Positions 42,150 to 50,412 of a stretch of DNA of 62,631 bases are shown here, one piece after another. The translations under genes were made by a program, and so were the position numbers. Positions within the stretch are counted from its first letter, which is position 1, and every line of letters starts with the position of its first letter. Under the pieces are notes generated by a model. The model searched no databases. It was not told the DNA's origin and worked only from the letters and a program-made list of their open reading frames with translations. Location: assembly GCA_016182105.1 (NCBI GenBank), contig JACOXZ010000010.1, forward strand, positions 1-62,631, read 5' to 3'. This DNA is from Candidatus Liptonbacteria bacterium. Its GTDB lineage: Bacteria > Patescibacteriota > Minisyncoccia > UBA6257 > 2-01-FULL-56-20.

Positions 42150-42979
42150 AATGATGCATTAACCTCTTTTATCGCCTGCTCTAATAGATCGTCGGTAGGA
42201 TTTTTATAATGCCAGTCAATAGTATCTTCCATAAAAGAAACACCCTTCCCTTTTACTGTATGAGTGATGAGAACGCTCGGGTGGCCTTTACGAAAAGGAA
42301 TGGTTGATAACGCCTTTTCGAGTGCGGCAACGTCGTGTCCGTCCACCTCCTTCACCGACCAGCGGAATGATTCCCATTTTTTGGCGAAAGGCTCCAAATC
42401 CATCACGTCTTTCACGCGCCCGAAACTTTGAATTTTATTGTAGTCCACGATAACCGTGAGATTATCCAGGCCCCACTGGGCAGCGGCGAGGACCGCTTCC
42501 CACGTAGACCCCTCATCGCATTCGCCGTCGGAAAGGATCGCGAATACGCGATGGGATTTTTTGTCGTACTTCGCGGCCAGTGCCATGCCCAGAGCCAAGG
42601 GCAAACCATGACCCAAAGATCCGGTCGCCGCCTCAAGACCGAAAGATGGCTTATAGGTCAAATGAGCTGGGAGAAAACTACCATTCTTAGTATATTCATT
42701 CAAAAATCTAGGCGGCAGCAAACCATATTCCGTTAGCGCCGAGTAAAGCGCCAAACTGCCATGGCCCTTGCTTAAAATCAGCCTATCCCTTTTTTCGAAG
42801 CCGGTCCCGCGCTTGGCCAAAAATTTCAAAATCCCGCCAAAATACAAAACCGTCAGAATCTCCACCAAAGACAGGCAAGATCCGATATGCGGCGTTTTCG
42901 CGCGATGGGAAACAATTAATATCTTTTTTCGTATCGCGGCAGCTTCTTTCTTATAAAATTTTAATGATCTACGCTTCAT
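42146..42979 (-). CDS. split transketolase, N-terminal (TPP-binding) subunit
   Basis: SKGHGSLALYSAL...GSLGHGLPLALGMA...ILSDGECDEGSTWEA. 4-nt overlap with the C-terminal subunit gene. Confidence 0.85.
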   Translation of the reverse strand: MKRRSLKFYKKEAAAIRKKILIVSHRAKTPHIGSCLSLVEILTVLYFGGILKFLAKRGTGFEKRDRLILSKGHGSLALYSALTEYGLLPPRFLNEYTKNGSFLPAHLTYKPSFGLEAATGSLGHGLPLALGMALAAKYDKKSHRVFAILSDGECDEGSTWEAVLAAAQWGLDNLTVIVDYNKIQSFGRVKDVMDLEPFAKKWESFRWSVKEVDGHDVAALEKALSTIPFRKGHPSVLITHTVKGKGVSFMEDTIDWHYKNPTDDLLEQAIKEVNASL

Positions 42980-43979
42980 ATAAATTCATATTTCTCTTAA
43001 ACCAATCCACCGTCAACTCAAGCCCGTTTCGCAAACTCGTTTTCGGCGCCCAATTTAATTTTTTCCTTACAAGTTTTGTATCCGCAACCCAACAACTGGT
43101 ATCAAAAGAACGGGATATTTTTTTATCCCAGACAGGCTTAATATCCACGCCGATAATATTTTTTATTATGGAGAAAATTTCCGCGAGATTTGTCTGTTTG
43201 CCAGTGCCAATATTGAAAATTGCTCCAGTAGAAGGATGAGCGGCGGCAAGAAGAAAGGCGCTCACCACATCGTCGATAAACACGAAATCTCTGACAACAG
43301 AAGGCGTTGAGAGATGCGGCCTTCTTTTTTTTATAAGAGAAACTATGAGGTTCGGCACTAAACGGCCGAGTGGTTCATAAAAACCGTAAGCGGAAAATGG
43401 CCTCAGGGTTACTATCGGCACCTTTCGATTTAAAGCGAGATATCGGCCGTAAAGCGTCGCCCAGGCCTTACTCGCTCCGTATGCGGTATTAGGGTCAAGC
43501 ATGTCGGCTTCTCGCATCGGCTTTTTTTTCGTTCCGTACTCCGACGAGGTTCCGGTATTGATAAAGACGTCGAATCCTTCCCCTAAACAAGCTTGCATTA
43601 AATTGAAAGTGCAAATAATATTCGTATCTATTATCTCCTGTTCGTCGTACTGTTCTTGTGGATAAGCTCCGTGCGTTGCCAGATGAAAAATTGTTTTTGG
43701 TTTTATTTTTTTTATAAACCGATTCGTCGCTAGTGGATCCCTCAAGTCGATAATGTACGTTGATACGACCCTCAAAAGATCGTCGATCCTCCAGGTACGG
43801 GCGTTTTTCCGCAGGATGACATAAACCTTTTTCGGTTGCGCTTCGCGCACAAGCCGCCGCAAAAGATTCGAACCCACAAAACCACTCGCGCCGGTGATTA
43901 AAACCGGGGTGGAAAACTTTAATGACTTGGCTTCGAAACCCATTCGTTGCATTTTAATGCCGCGCGAAAGCGAGGTCAA
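42969..43979 (-). CDS. NAD-dependent epimerase/dehydratase
   Basis: PVLITGASGFVGSNLLRRL...YGASK. The track start is TTG at 43979; internal ATGs at 43952 and 43943 are alternatives. Confidence 0.8.
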   Translation of the reverse strand: MTSLSRGIKMQRMGFEAKSLKFSTPVLITGASGFVGSNLLRRLVREAQPKKVYVILRKNARTWRIDDLLRVVSTYIIDLRDPLATNRFIKKIKPKTIFHLATHGAYPQEQYDEQEIIDTNIICTFNLMQACLGEGFDVFINTGTSSEYGTKKKPMREADMLDPNTAYGASKAWATLYGRYLALNRKVPIVTLRPFSAYGFYEPLGRLVPNLIVSLIKKRRPHLSTPSVVRDFVFIDDVVSAFLLAAAHPSTGAIFNIGTGKQTNLAEIFSIIKNIIGVDIKPVWDKKISRSFDTSCWVADTKLVRKKLNWAPKTSLRNGLELTVDWFKRNMNLYEA

Positions 43980-44006
43980 TGCGCCGCTAACGCGCGCGAA
44001 GCTTTA

Positions 44007-44278
44007 GAACCCATCTCAAAAATCCCTTCGGCCGCGATATAGGCAAATCTTTCGCGGCGCAAGAAGCAAGGACGAAGGTGTATCCTATGATACTCCGAGT
44101 CCGAAGCGACGTGGTGCCGCGAAAGATTGGCCATATCCCCAGGGGGTTGCGGAGATTTTCTTCTCCCACTACGTTGCGGCTTCGTCGGAGTGGCACAAGC
44201 CACACATTCCTCGCCGCGCCTTGCGTAGAGAAGAAAATCTCTCGCAACGCGGCTAGAAGGGATTTTTGAGATGGGTTC
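44007..44278. mobile_element. E1: 272-bp structured (MITE-like) element bounded by terminal inverted repeats
   Basis: Perfect 22-bp terminal inverted repeats GAACCCATCTCAAAAATCCCTT / AAGGGATTTTTGAGATGGGTTC. Internal 14+5 bp helix GTTGC-g-GAGATTTTCTTCTC / GAGAAGAAAATCTC-tc-GCAAC. Homologous to E2 in reverse orientation. Confidence 0.75.
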
Positions 44279-45215
44279 GAATAAAAGTTTTCAATCTTTT
44301 ATAGATAATCCATACGCCCCAGACGACCGGATAAATACCGTATTTCTTCGCGAAATAAATATCCATAATCTTTCTGTATTTTCTGCGCTTCCACGGAGTT
44401 TTGTTGATGTAGTAAACATATTCCGGCTGATAGGGAAGCGCTGAGAGAAAATACCACGGTTTTCCGCCGCCCGCGAAGTGGACAACGAGCGGATCGGGTT
44501 CGTTGTAGGGATATGCCCCTATGGGTATCGCGGCGGCTATGAGATTGTATTTTATGCCAAGCTCTCTGTAGTCGCCCGCAAACACAAGGTTAAGAGCGTC
44601 TTGCTCGTGATATCGCAACTTGTCCGGATACTCATAGATCAACCTGTGAAGTTTTTCTTCTATGCCGCGCTTTCTCCAAAGCTCCAAATCAACAAGAAGC
44701 ATTCCGACACTGAAATACGCGGACTCTTGCGACGCAATGGGCCAATTGATGTCTTTGCGCAGCTTTTTCAAATGCCCCTGTCTTTCTTCTTGCTGACAAT
44801 CCGCGATTGCTCCTATTGTTTTCCTGCCCAGGTCCACGTTAAATAGTTCGGAAATATCCCCTCGAATCACCACGTCAACTTCAAGATTGATTACCCTGCG
44901 ACATGTAGGGGGAAGAAAACGCCCCAAATAAACGCGGTGAAAGGCCTCTACTGGAGCGTGAAATCCCTTAGACAAATCACCAAGCGGCAGTCCTTGGTAA
45001 AGCTTTTTATCAGGAAGAACATAGTTTATCGTAAATCCATATTTCTTCTCCAGAGTCTCCAATCGCTCTTTATTTTTTGCTGATATTCCAAAATCTACGA
45101 CGTAAAGGCTTATCGGGTAATCCCCTTTTTTGTTTTCGAAAAGAGAACACAAGGCAACCCCAAGGAGCATGGCGTAATTATCATTCGTGGCAAAAACAAC
45201 AGATACTTTTTCCAT
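44253..45215 (-). CDS. glycosyltransferase family 8
   Basis: VSVVFATNDNYAMLLGVALCSLFENK...NLEVDVVIRGD. Start taken at MEKVS. The last 8 codons (RTHLKNPF*) lie in the E1 terminal repeat. Confidence 0.85.
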   Translation of the reverse strand: MEKVSVVFATNDNYAMLLGVALCSLFENKKGDYPISLYVVDFGISAKNKERLETLEKKYGFTINYVLPDKKLYQGLPLGDLSKGFHAPVEAFHRVYLGRFLPPTCRRVINLEVDVVIRGDISELFNVDLGRKTIGAIADCQQEERQGHLKKLRKDINWPIASQESAYFSVGMLLVDLELWRKRGIEEKLHRLIYEYPDKLRYHEQDALNLVFAGDYRELGIKYNLIAAAIPIGAYPYNEPDPLVVHFAGGGKPWYFLSALPYQPEYVYYINKTPWKRRKYRKIMDIYFAKKYGIYPVVWGVWIIYKRLKTFIRTHLKNPF

Positions 45216-45237
45216 TTGCTTAAAAATTATAATAGTC

Positions 45238-46098
45238 CTACACCTTATACCAGACAAACAAACGGAGAAGTGCCACTAGATTCCAAAATATAAGTTTAAT
45301 TCTGTCCCACATCTTTAAAGATTTTAAGCGCAATATAAAGATCATATTCGGGAAGTAAAGCGGTGAAAAAAACAACACAAACCTGACTTTGATATTGGAT
45401 AATACGCGTTTAATTCGCATAGACACACGTGGATTGGGATCAAGAACAAAAATTTTGGTGCGCTTATAAAAAAGAATTTCGTCGACGAGGGTAAAATGTC
45501 CCCTGACCAAACAGCGAAAAAGGAAGTCATACTCAAGAAATGGCTTGTCAATAAATTTACAATCAACAATTTTCTCGCGCCTCCAAACTCCATACGTCAT
45601 GTTGCCCTTTCCCCCAAGAATTGTAAGCAGAATAAATTCCTTGAGGCGTCCGTACAGATCCTTCTTAAACGTGAAAAATAATTTCGGATCTTCTTTTTGT
45701 GTCCTGCCTAAATCGTCGAAATGCATGAGTTTAGATATGGCAGCAATCGCTTCCTTGTCCGCATCCAAGGCGGCTATACATCTTTCCACGAAAGTCGGCG
45801 CCCGCTTATCATCGTCCGAAGCCCATATAAAATACTCACCTCTGGCATTTTTTTTGAGATATTCGAAGTTTCTGGCGTGGCCTATATTCGATCTCTGCCG
45901 TATATATTTTATACGTCGGTCCTTTTTCGCGTATTCCTCGCAGATCCGCGGAGTGTCGTCGGTAGAGGCGTTATCGGATATAACCAGCTCAAAATTTCTA
46001 TACGTCTGCGCAAGCAGCGAATCCAATGCCTCGCGCAAATAAGATTGCCCGTTATGCGTAGCTAAGCCGATGCTTACCAATTTTTCTTTAGAACCCAT
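45238..46098 (-). CDS. glycosyltransferase family 2
   Basis: MGSKEKLVSIGLATHNGQSYLREALDSLLAQTYRNFELVISDNASTDDT. The start ATG at 46098 and the GGAGG RBS lie inside the E2 terminal repeat. The track ORF extension to 46242 is read-through into E2. Confidence 0.85.
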   Translation of the reverse strand: MGSKEKLVSIGLATHNGQSYLREALDSLLAQTYRNFELVISDNASTDDTPRICEEYAKKDRRIKYIRQRSNIGHARNFEYLKKNARGEYFIWASDDDKRAPTFVERCIAALDADKEAIAAISKLMHFDDLGRTQKEDPKLFFTFKKDLYGRLKEFILLTILGGKGNMTYGVWRREKIVDCKFIDKPFLEYDFLFRCLVRGHFTLVDEILFYKRTKIFVLDPNPRVSMRIKRVLSNIKVRFVLFFSPLYFPNMIFILRLKSLKMWDRIKLIFWNLVALLRLFVWYKV

Positions 46099-46366
46099 CT
46101 TAATAATACCTCCAGCCCGCGTTGCTGGCGATTTTCTCGTATCCGCAAGGCTTGTCGAGTGAGCTGTGCTTGATGCACTGCGATCGAGGCGTAACGCAGC
46201 GGGACGGGAAAATCGCCGCAACCCCAAGGGGGATATGGCCAATTTCCGCAGTACCGGCGTCGCTTCCTCCTCGGAGTACCACAGGAGGGTACACTTTCGT
46301 CGTCGTTCCTTGGTCTTGCAGAAATTGGCTCATATCGCGAGCGGAGATATTATTAAGATGGGTTCT
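46091..46366. mobile_element. E2: 276-bp structured (MITE-like) element bounded by terminal inverted repeats, inverted relative to E1
   Basis: Terminal repeats GAACCCATCTTAATAATACCTCC / GGAGATATTATTAAGATGGGTTC (1 mismatch). Internal helix GTTGC-t-GGCGATTTTC / GAAAATCGCC-GCAAC. The core GGGGATATGGCCAAT is the reverse complement of the E1 ATTGGCCATATCCCC. Confidence 0.75.
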
Positions 46367-46384
46367 GCCTTGGTCCATAAAAAG

Positions 46385-47116
46385 CTATCTGACTCTCCTT
46401 AAAAATCCTCCAGGCGCGGCGGTAATTAGAAGTTTATTTTCAATATCCCTATCGGCGACAAAATTTTTATGTTTCTTTAAAAATTCCCGGACGGCAGTGG
46501 CCGGATTATTCCCCTTGCCCCACGGGCGGTCTTTTACCATCCCTGTTGGCAGATACTCGACGATGGTATCAAAGACAATAATATAGCTTCCGCGGCTCAC
46601 GAACCGCGAGTAAAGTTCAAGTTCCTGTAAAACGTGCGCGGACGTATGGCTGGAATCCAGGTAAACCAGGATTTTTTTCTTGCCGCGGGTCAAACCTTTA
46701 ACGCGGGCGATGACTTTGGCATCAATAGAGGATCCTTCGATCATTTTAATTCTTTTGAACATTCGGTGCTTTTCGATCTCGATCCTGTTATGGGAACGGA
46801 TATCAATATCAACCCCCAAAACCCGGCCATTGCCGCCGATAAGTTCCAGCATTGACGCCGAAAAAATCAAAGAGCCGCCGCGGGCAATTCCTGTTTCAAT
46901 AATCAAATCGGGTTTCACCTTCCAAATGATCTCTTGGAGCGCAATGATGTCTTGCGGATACTGGATAATCGGCCTTCCCAGCCAGTCAAAATTATAGGAG
47001 TAACGGCCGCGGATGGAACCAACCATAAAATTGGCGGCAACTTTTTTGAGCTTCCTATCGCGAGACAATTTTTTGAGGTTTAGGCGTCGCTCACTCTCAA
47101 ATACGGGATCTTTCAT
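46385..47116 (-). CDS. CmcI (cephalosporin hydroxylase)-family methyltransferase
   Basis: YSYNFDWLGRPIIQYPQDIIALQEIIWKVKPDLIIETGIARGGSLIF. Confidence 0.8.
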   Translation of the reverse strand: MKDPVFESERRLNLKKLSRDRKLKKVAANFMVGSIRGRYSYNFDWLGRPIIQYPQDIIALQEIIWKVKPDLIIETGIARGGSLIFSASMLELIGGNGRVLGVDIDIRSHNRIEIEKHRMFKRIKMIEGSSIDAKVIARVKGLTRGKKKILVYLDSSHTSAHVLQELELYSRFVSRGSYIIVFDTIVEYLPTGMVKDRPWGKGNNPATAVREFLKKHKNFVADRDIENKLLITAAPGGFLRRVR

Positions 47117-47985
47117 TTAGATAAATTAAGAAATTTGAAATAAGCCATTAACCCCTCTTCCCAAGGAGGAAGAATGATTCCTAATTTTTTAGCCCTAACA
47201 TTCTCTAAGACGGAAAACTTTGGCCTTCTAATTTTACCGTCTCCTCCGCCCCTATCAACCGGTAAAACTTTCCTATTCACCCCCCAGATCTCAAAGATTT
47301 TTTTCGCAAATTCATACCAACTGCAATATCCTTCGTTAACAAGGTGATAGATACCGGCACCGGCGCCGATCTTTAAAAGCCTGAGACTTGCTTCTGCCAA
47401 ATGCTCCGCGTACGTCGGATTCGCGATCTGTTCAGAGCTAACCTCAATAACGTCTTTGCCTTCGGCCTCTTTTAATATGTTTAAAACAAAGTTCCCGCCT
47501 TTGCTTCTGCTACCCGTCTTACCGCCGTATACGCCGCAAGTTCGCAAAATAAAAGTTCCGTCCGCATATGAATTCAGCGCTCCGTATTCGCCGGCGAGTT
47601 TTGATACACCGTAAGTCTGAAGCGGTTTTGGGCAATCTTCTTCTCTGTATGGCTTATTTTTTTCTCCGTCAAAAACATAGTCCGTGCTGTACGTAACAAA
47701 AGAGACGCCGAATCTTTTTGTTGCTTGGGCCATTTTTAAAACTGCCACAAAATTCAGTTCCGCGGCCAAATACGGTTCTTCCTCGCATTTCGAAACGATG
47801 TTATACGCGGATGTATTAATTAAAACGTCCGGCTTAAATTTCTTGAGACAGGCGAGAACCATAGATTCGTTACGAGCGTCGAGAACCTGCCTTTCGGGAG
47901 CTGTGACCTCAAAACCGAAATCATAAGCCCGCCTTAAAATAGCGCTCCCAAGTTGGCCGGTCCCGCCAATCAATAAAATTTTCAT
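47113..47985 (-). CDS. RmlD-family NDP-4-keto-sugar reductase
   Basis: MKILLIGGTGQLGSAI...YGVSKLAGE. Confidence 0.8.
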   Translation of the reverse strand: MKILLIGGTGQLGSAILRRAYDFGFEVTAPERQVLDARNESMVLACLKKFKPDVLINTSAYNIVSKCEEEPYLAAELNFVAVLKMAQATKRFGVSFVTYSTDYVFDGEKNKPYREEDCPKPLQTYGVSKLAGEYGALNSYADGTFILRTCGVYGGKTGSRSKGGNFVLNILKEAEGKDVIEVSSEQIANPTYAEHLAEASLRLLKIGAGAGIYHLVNEGYCSWYEFAKKIFEIWGVNRKVLPVDRGGGDGKIRRPKFSVLENVRAKKLGIILPPWEEGLMAYFKFLNLSK

Positions 47986-47986
47986 A

Positions 47987-49060
47987 CTAACTAAAAAATG
48001 AATTTATTTGCTGGTCGGTGATATGAATTACATCTTCTCCGTTATAAAAACCCCGATACCAATCGAGAGTCATTCGGAGCGCCTTATCAATATCAAAACT
48101 CGCCCGCCAATTAAGCAATTTTCTCGCTTTATCGCTGTTCAATCTAAGTACATGCTCTTCAAATTTACCGGCATCTTTTTTGACTGAATACGATCCTCTT
48201 CCCAATATTCCAAAGGTTTTCTCTAATAGTTCTTCTACCGATAAGAAATTTTCGGCGTTCGGCCCGAAATTCCAACCCCCTGAAAATCTTTTTTTGCCTT
48301 GGTAAAGTTCACGCGCAAGTAATAAATAACCGCGGAGTGGTTCAAGGACATGTTGCCAAGCCCTCACATGGCCGGGGTTGCGGATTATGACCTTTCCGTC
48401 ATGCTCAAAAATACTTTTTACGATATCCGGCAGCAAACGATCTTCGGACCAATCACCTCCGCCTATCACATTTCCGGCTCTCGCAGAAGCAACCAGAGTT
48501 TTATGGCTGACGCCGTAATCTTGAACGCCGAAGAAAGAGCGGGAGTGGGAATCGATCACTATTTCGGCCGCGACCTTACTCGCACTGTAAGGATCGCGAC
48601 CGCCGAGTTCGTCTTCTTCTTTGAAAGCGCGGCTCAAGCGTTTATTCTTATAAACCTTGTCGGTGGTGATGATAACGGCCGACCTGACCCTTCCGTATTC
48701 CTTTATGGCTTGGAGTAAATTCGCCGTGCCCATAATATTCGTCTCAAGAGTATACAAAGGATCATCGTAACTTCTCCGCACCAAGGGCTGTGCCGCCAAG
48801 TGAAAAACTATCTCCGGTTTTTCTTTTAAAATTATTTCTTTAAGTTTCTTAAAATTCCTAACATCGGCGAAATGGTTGCTGAGTTTGTATTTCAAGCGCA
48901 ATAAGCCGAATAGATTCGGGCGCGTTTCGGGCTTAAGTGCGACTCCTGAAACTTTCGCGCCGCAGTTCAATAAAATCCGAGCAAGCCAAGCCCCCTTGAA
49001 ACCGGTGTGTCCGGTAACCAAAACTCTTTTTCCTTTATAAAAATCTTTAATTCCCTTCAT
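47987..49060 (-). CDS. rfbG: CDP-glucose 4,6-dehydratase
   Basis: GKRVLVTGHTGFKGAWLARIL...YSASK. Confidence 0.85.
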   Translation of the reverse strand: MKGIKDFYKGKRVLVTGHTGFKGAWLARILLNCGAKVSGVALKPETRPNLFGLLRLKYKLSNHFADVRNFKKLKEIILKEKPEIVFHLAAQPLVRRSYDDPLYTLETNIMGTANLLQAIKEYGRVRSAVIITTDKVYKNKRLSRAFKEEDELGGRDPYSASKVAAEIVIDSHSRSFFGVQDYGVSHKTLVASARAGNVIGGGDWSEDRLLPDIVKSIFEHDGKVIIRNPGHVRAWQHVLEPLRGYLLLARELYQGKKRFSGGWNFGPNAENFLSVEELLEKTFGILGRGSYSVKKDAGKFEEHVLRLNSDKARKLLNWRASFDIDKALRMTLDWYRGFYNGEDVIHITDQQINSFFS

Positions 49061-49796
49061 GTTTTGGGTGCGGTGTATTGTCTTTTTCCCAAACCGCCCA
49101 GGGCCTCTCGTTTTCCCATAATTTATTCAATTCCTCCATCTCCAAATAAGTATCCATGGGTTTCCAAAAACCTTCGTGCCGATAAGCCGCCAGGTTTTTT
49201 TCTTTGATAAGTTTTGGGAAGATGTTTTCCATCGTTCCCTCGTCAAAATAGTTAAAAACATCTCTATTGAAAACCATGAAACCGGCGCTCACGTAATCGT
49301 GGATCAGCGGCTTTTGATAAAAGCCTGTAACCAGATGATTTTCTTTGTGAACATTTATCAGACCGTATTTTGAATGCGGATGGGCGCCGGTTATGGTCGC
49401 TAAGGTCTTCCTCGTTTTATGAAAATCCACCAATTTGCCTATATTTACATCGGCAACTCCGTCGCCATAGGTAACCATGAAAGAATCTCCTTTAATGTGC
49501 TTACTTGCTTTTAAAATTCTCTCACCCGTCAAACTTTCCTCGCCCGTGTCCGCGAAAATAATATTGAAACGACCCTTGTCTTCGGGGAAATTATTTTCAT
49601 CAAAAAAATAATCGCGGATCATCCATCCCTTATAGCCCAAGGCCAAAATAAAATCGCGAAATCCATAATGGGCATAGATTTTCATAATATGCCATAGAAT
49701 CGGCTTGCCGCCGATCTTGACCATCGGTTTTGGCTTAAATTCCGTCTCCTCTCTAAGACGAGTGCCCTTGCCACCGCAAAGAATGATCGTCTGCAT
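49047..49796 (-). CDS. rfbF: glucose-1-phosphate cytidylyltransferase
   Basis: MQTIILCGGKGTRLREETEFKPKPMVKIGGKPILWHIMKIYAHYGF..FILALGYKG. Start taken at the internal Met. Confidence 0.9.
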   Translation of the reverse strand: MQTIILCGGKGTRLREETEFKPKPMVKIGGKPILWHIMKIYAHYGFRDFILALGYKGWMIRDYFFDENNFPEDKGRFNIIFADTGEESLTGERILKASKHIKGDSFMVTYGDGVADVNIGKLVDFHKTRKTLATITGAHPHSKYGLINVHKENHLVTGFYQKPLIHDYVSAGFMVFNRDVFNYFDEGTMENIFPKLIKEKNLAAYRHEGFWKPMDTYLEMEELNKLWENERPWAVWEKDNTPHPKHEGN

Positions 49797-49848
49797 AGAA
49801 AAAACACTACGAGAAAATACGAGAAAATGCAAGATTTGGCTTAAACTT

Positions 49849-50412
49849 TTACATCCAACCCGCCGCCGTTTTTTTTATAAATTCCTTGAAACTTTGAGCT
49901 TTCGCGTCTCGTTCCGAAATCATTGCCGGTTCTTCTATGGGCCATTTAATCCCTAATCCCTGATCGTTCCACTTTATAATGCCCGAGTTTTCTGGCATAT
50001 AATAGTTGTCCATTTTGTAGTGGACAGTGCAATTATCAGCGAGCGCCTGGAAGCCGTGCGCAAATCCTTTGGGAATAAAAAACATTTTCTTGTTTTCTTC
50101 AGAAAGTTCCTCGGCAACCCATTGCCCGAATGTTTTCGAGCCATTTCGCAAATCTACTGCCACGTCATAAATCGCGCCCCTTACGCATTGGACGATCTTT
50201 CCCTCGGCCCCTGGCTCTCTTTGAAAATGCATGCCACGGATGGTTCCTCGCTTTTTCGTAAAGGAAACATTCGCGTGCACGATATCAAACGAAAGCCCTT
50301 CACGCTCCAATTCTTCCTTAGCAAAAATCCGGGCGAAGTAACCACGTTCGTCCTCTTTAACCTCGGGCTCGATCACATAAAGGCCTTCAATTTTTGTTTT
50401 TCGAAATATCAT
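49849..50412 (-). CDS. NDP-4-keto-6-deoxyhexose 3,5-epimerase (RmlC cupin)
   Basis: VIEPEVKEDERGYFARIF...IRGMHFQ...GFAHGF. Confidence 0.85.
   Translation of the reverse strand: MIFRKTKIEGLYVIEPEVKEDERGYFARIFAKEELEREGLSFDIVHANVSFTKKRGTIRGMHFQREPGAEGKIVQCVRGAIYDVAVDLRNGSKTFGQWVAEELSEENKKMFFIPKGFAHGFQALADNCTVHYKMDNYYMPENSGIIKWNDQGLGIKWPIEEPAMISERDAKAQSFKEFIKKTAAGWM

Noticed and set aside
43976-44269. ORFs inside E1 (75, 86 and 63 aa) and inside E2 (46100-46378, 46166-46402), which share GDMAN...SEYHR...MGS peptides
   Set aside because: The shared peptide similarity follows from nucleotide conservation of the element core and arms. The frames are Arg/Ser/Pro-rich, lack RBSs and lie in opposite orientation relative to the operon. 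They are treated as non-coding, apart from the short arm-encoded starts.
45238-46242. Full 334-aa version of the GT2 ORF starting at 46242
   Set aside because: The first 48 codons read through element E2 and are Arg/Ser/Ala-rich. A canonical GT2 N-terminus begins at the ATG at 46098, which has a GGAGG RBS.
44007-46366. Interpreting E1/E2 as a known large ncRNA (HEARO/OMEGA RNA, group II intron domains, retron msr/msd)
   Set aside because: There is no adjacent IsrB/IscB/TnpB, reverse transcriptase or intron-encoded protein. No characteristic motifs were recognised, and the two copies sit in opposite orientation relative to transcription. They are left as an unclassified MITE-like structured element.
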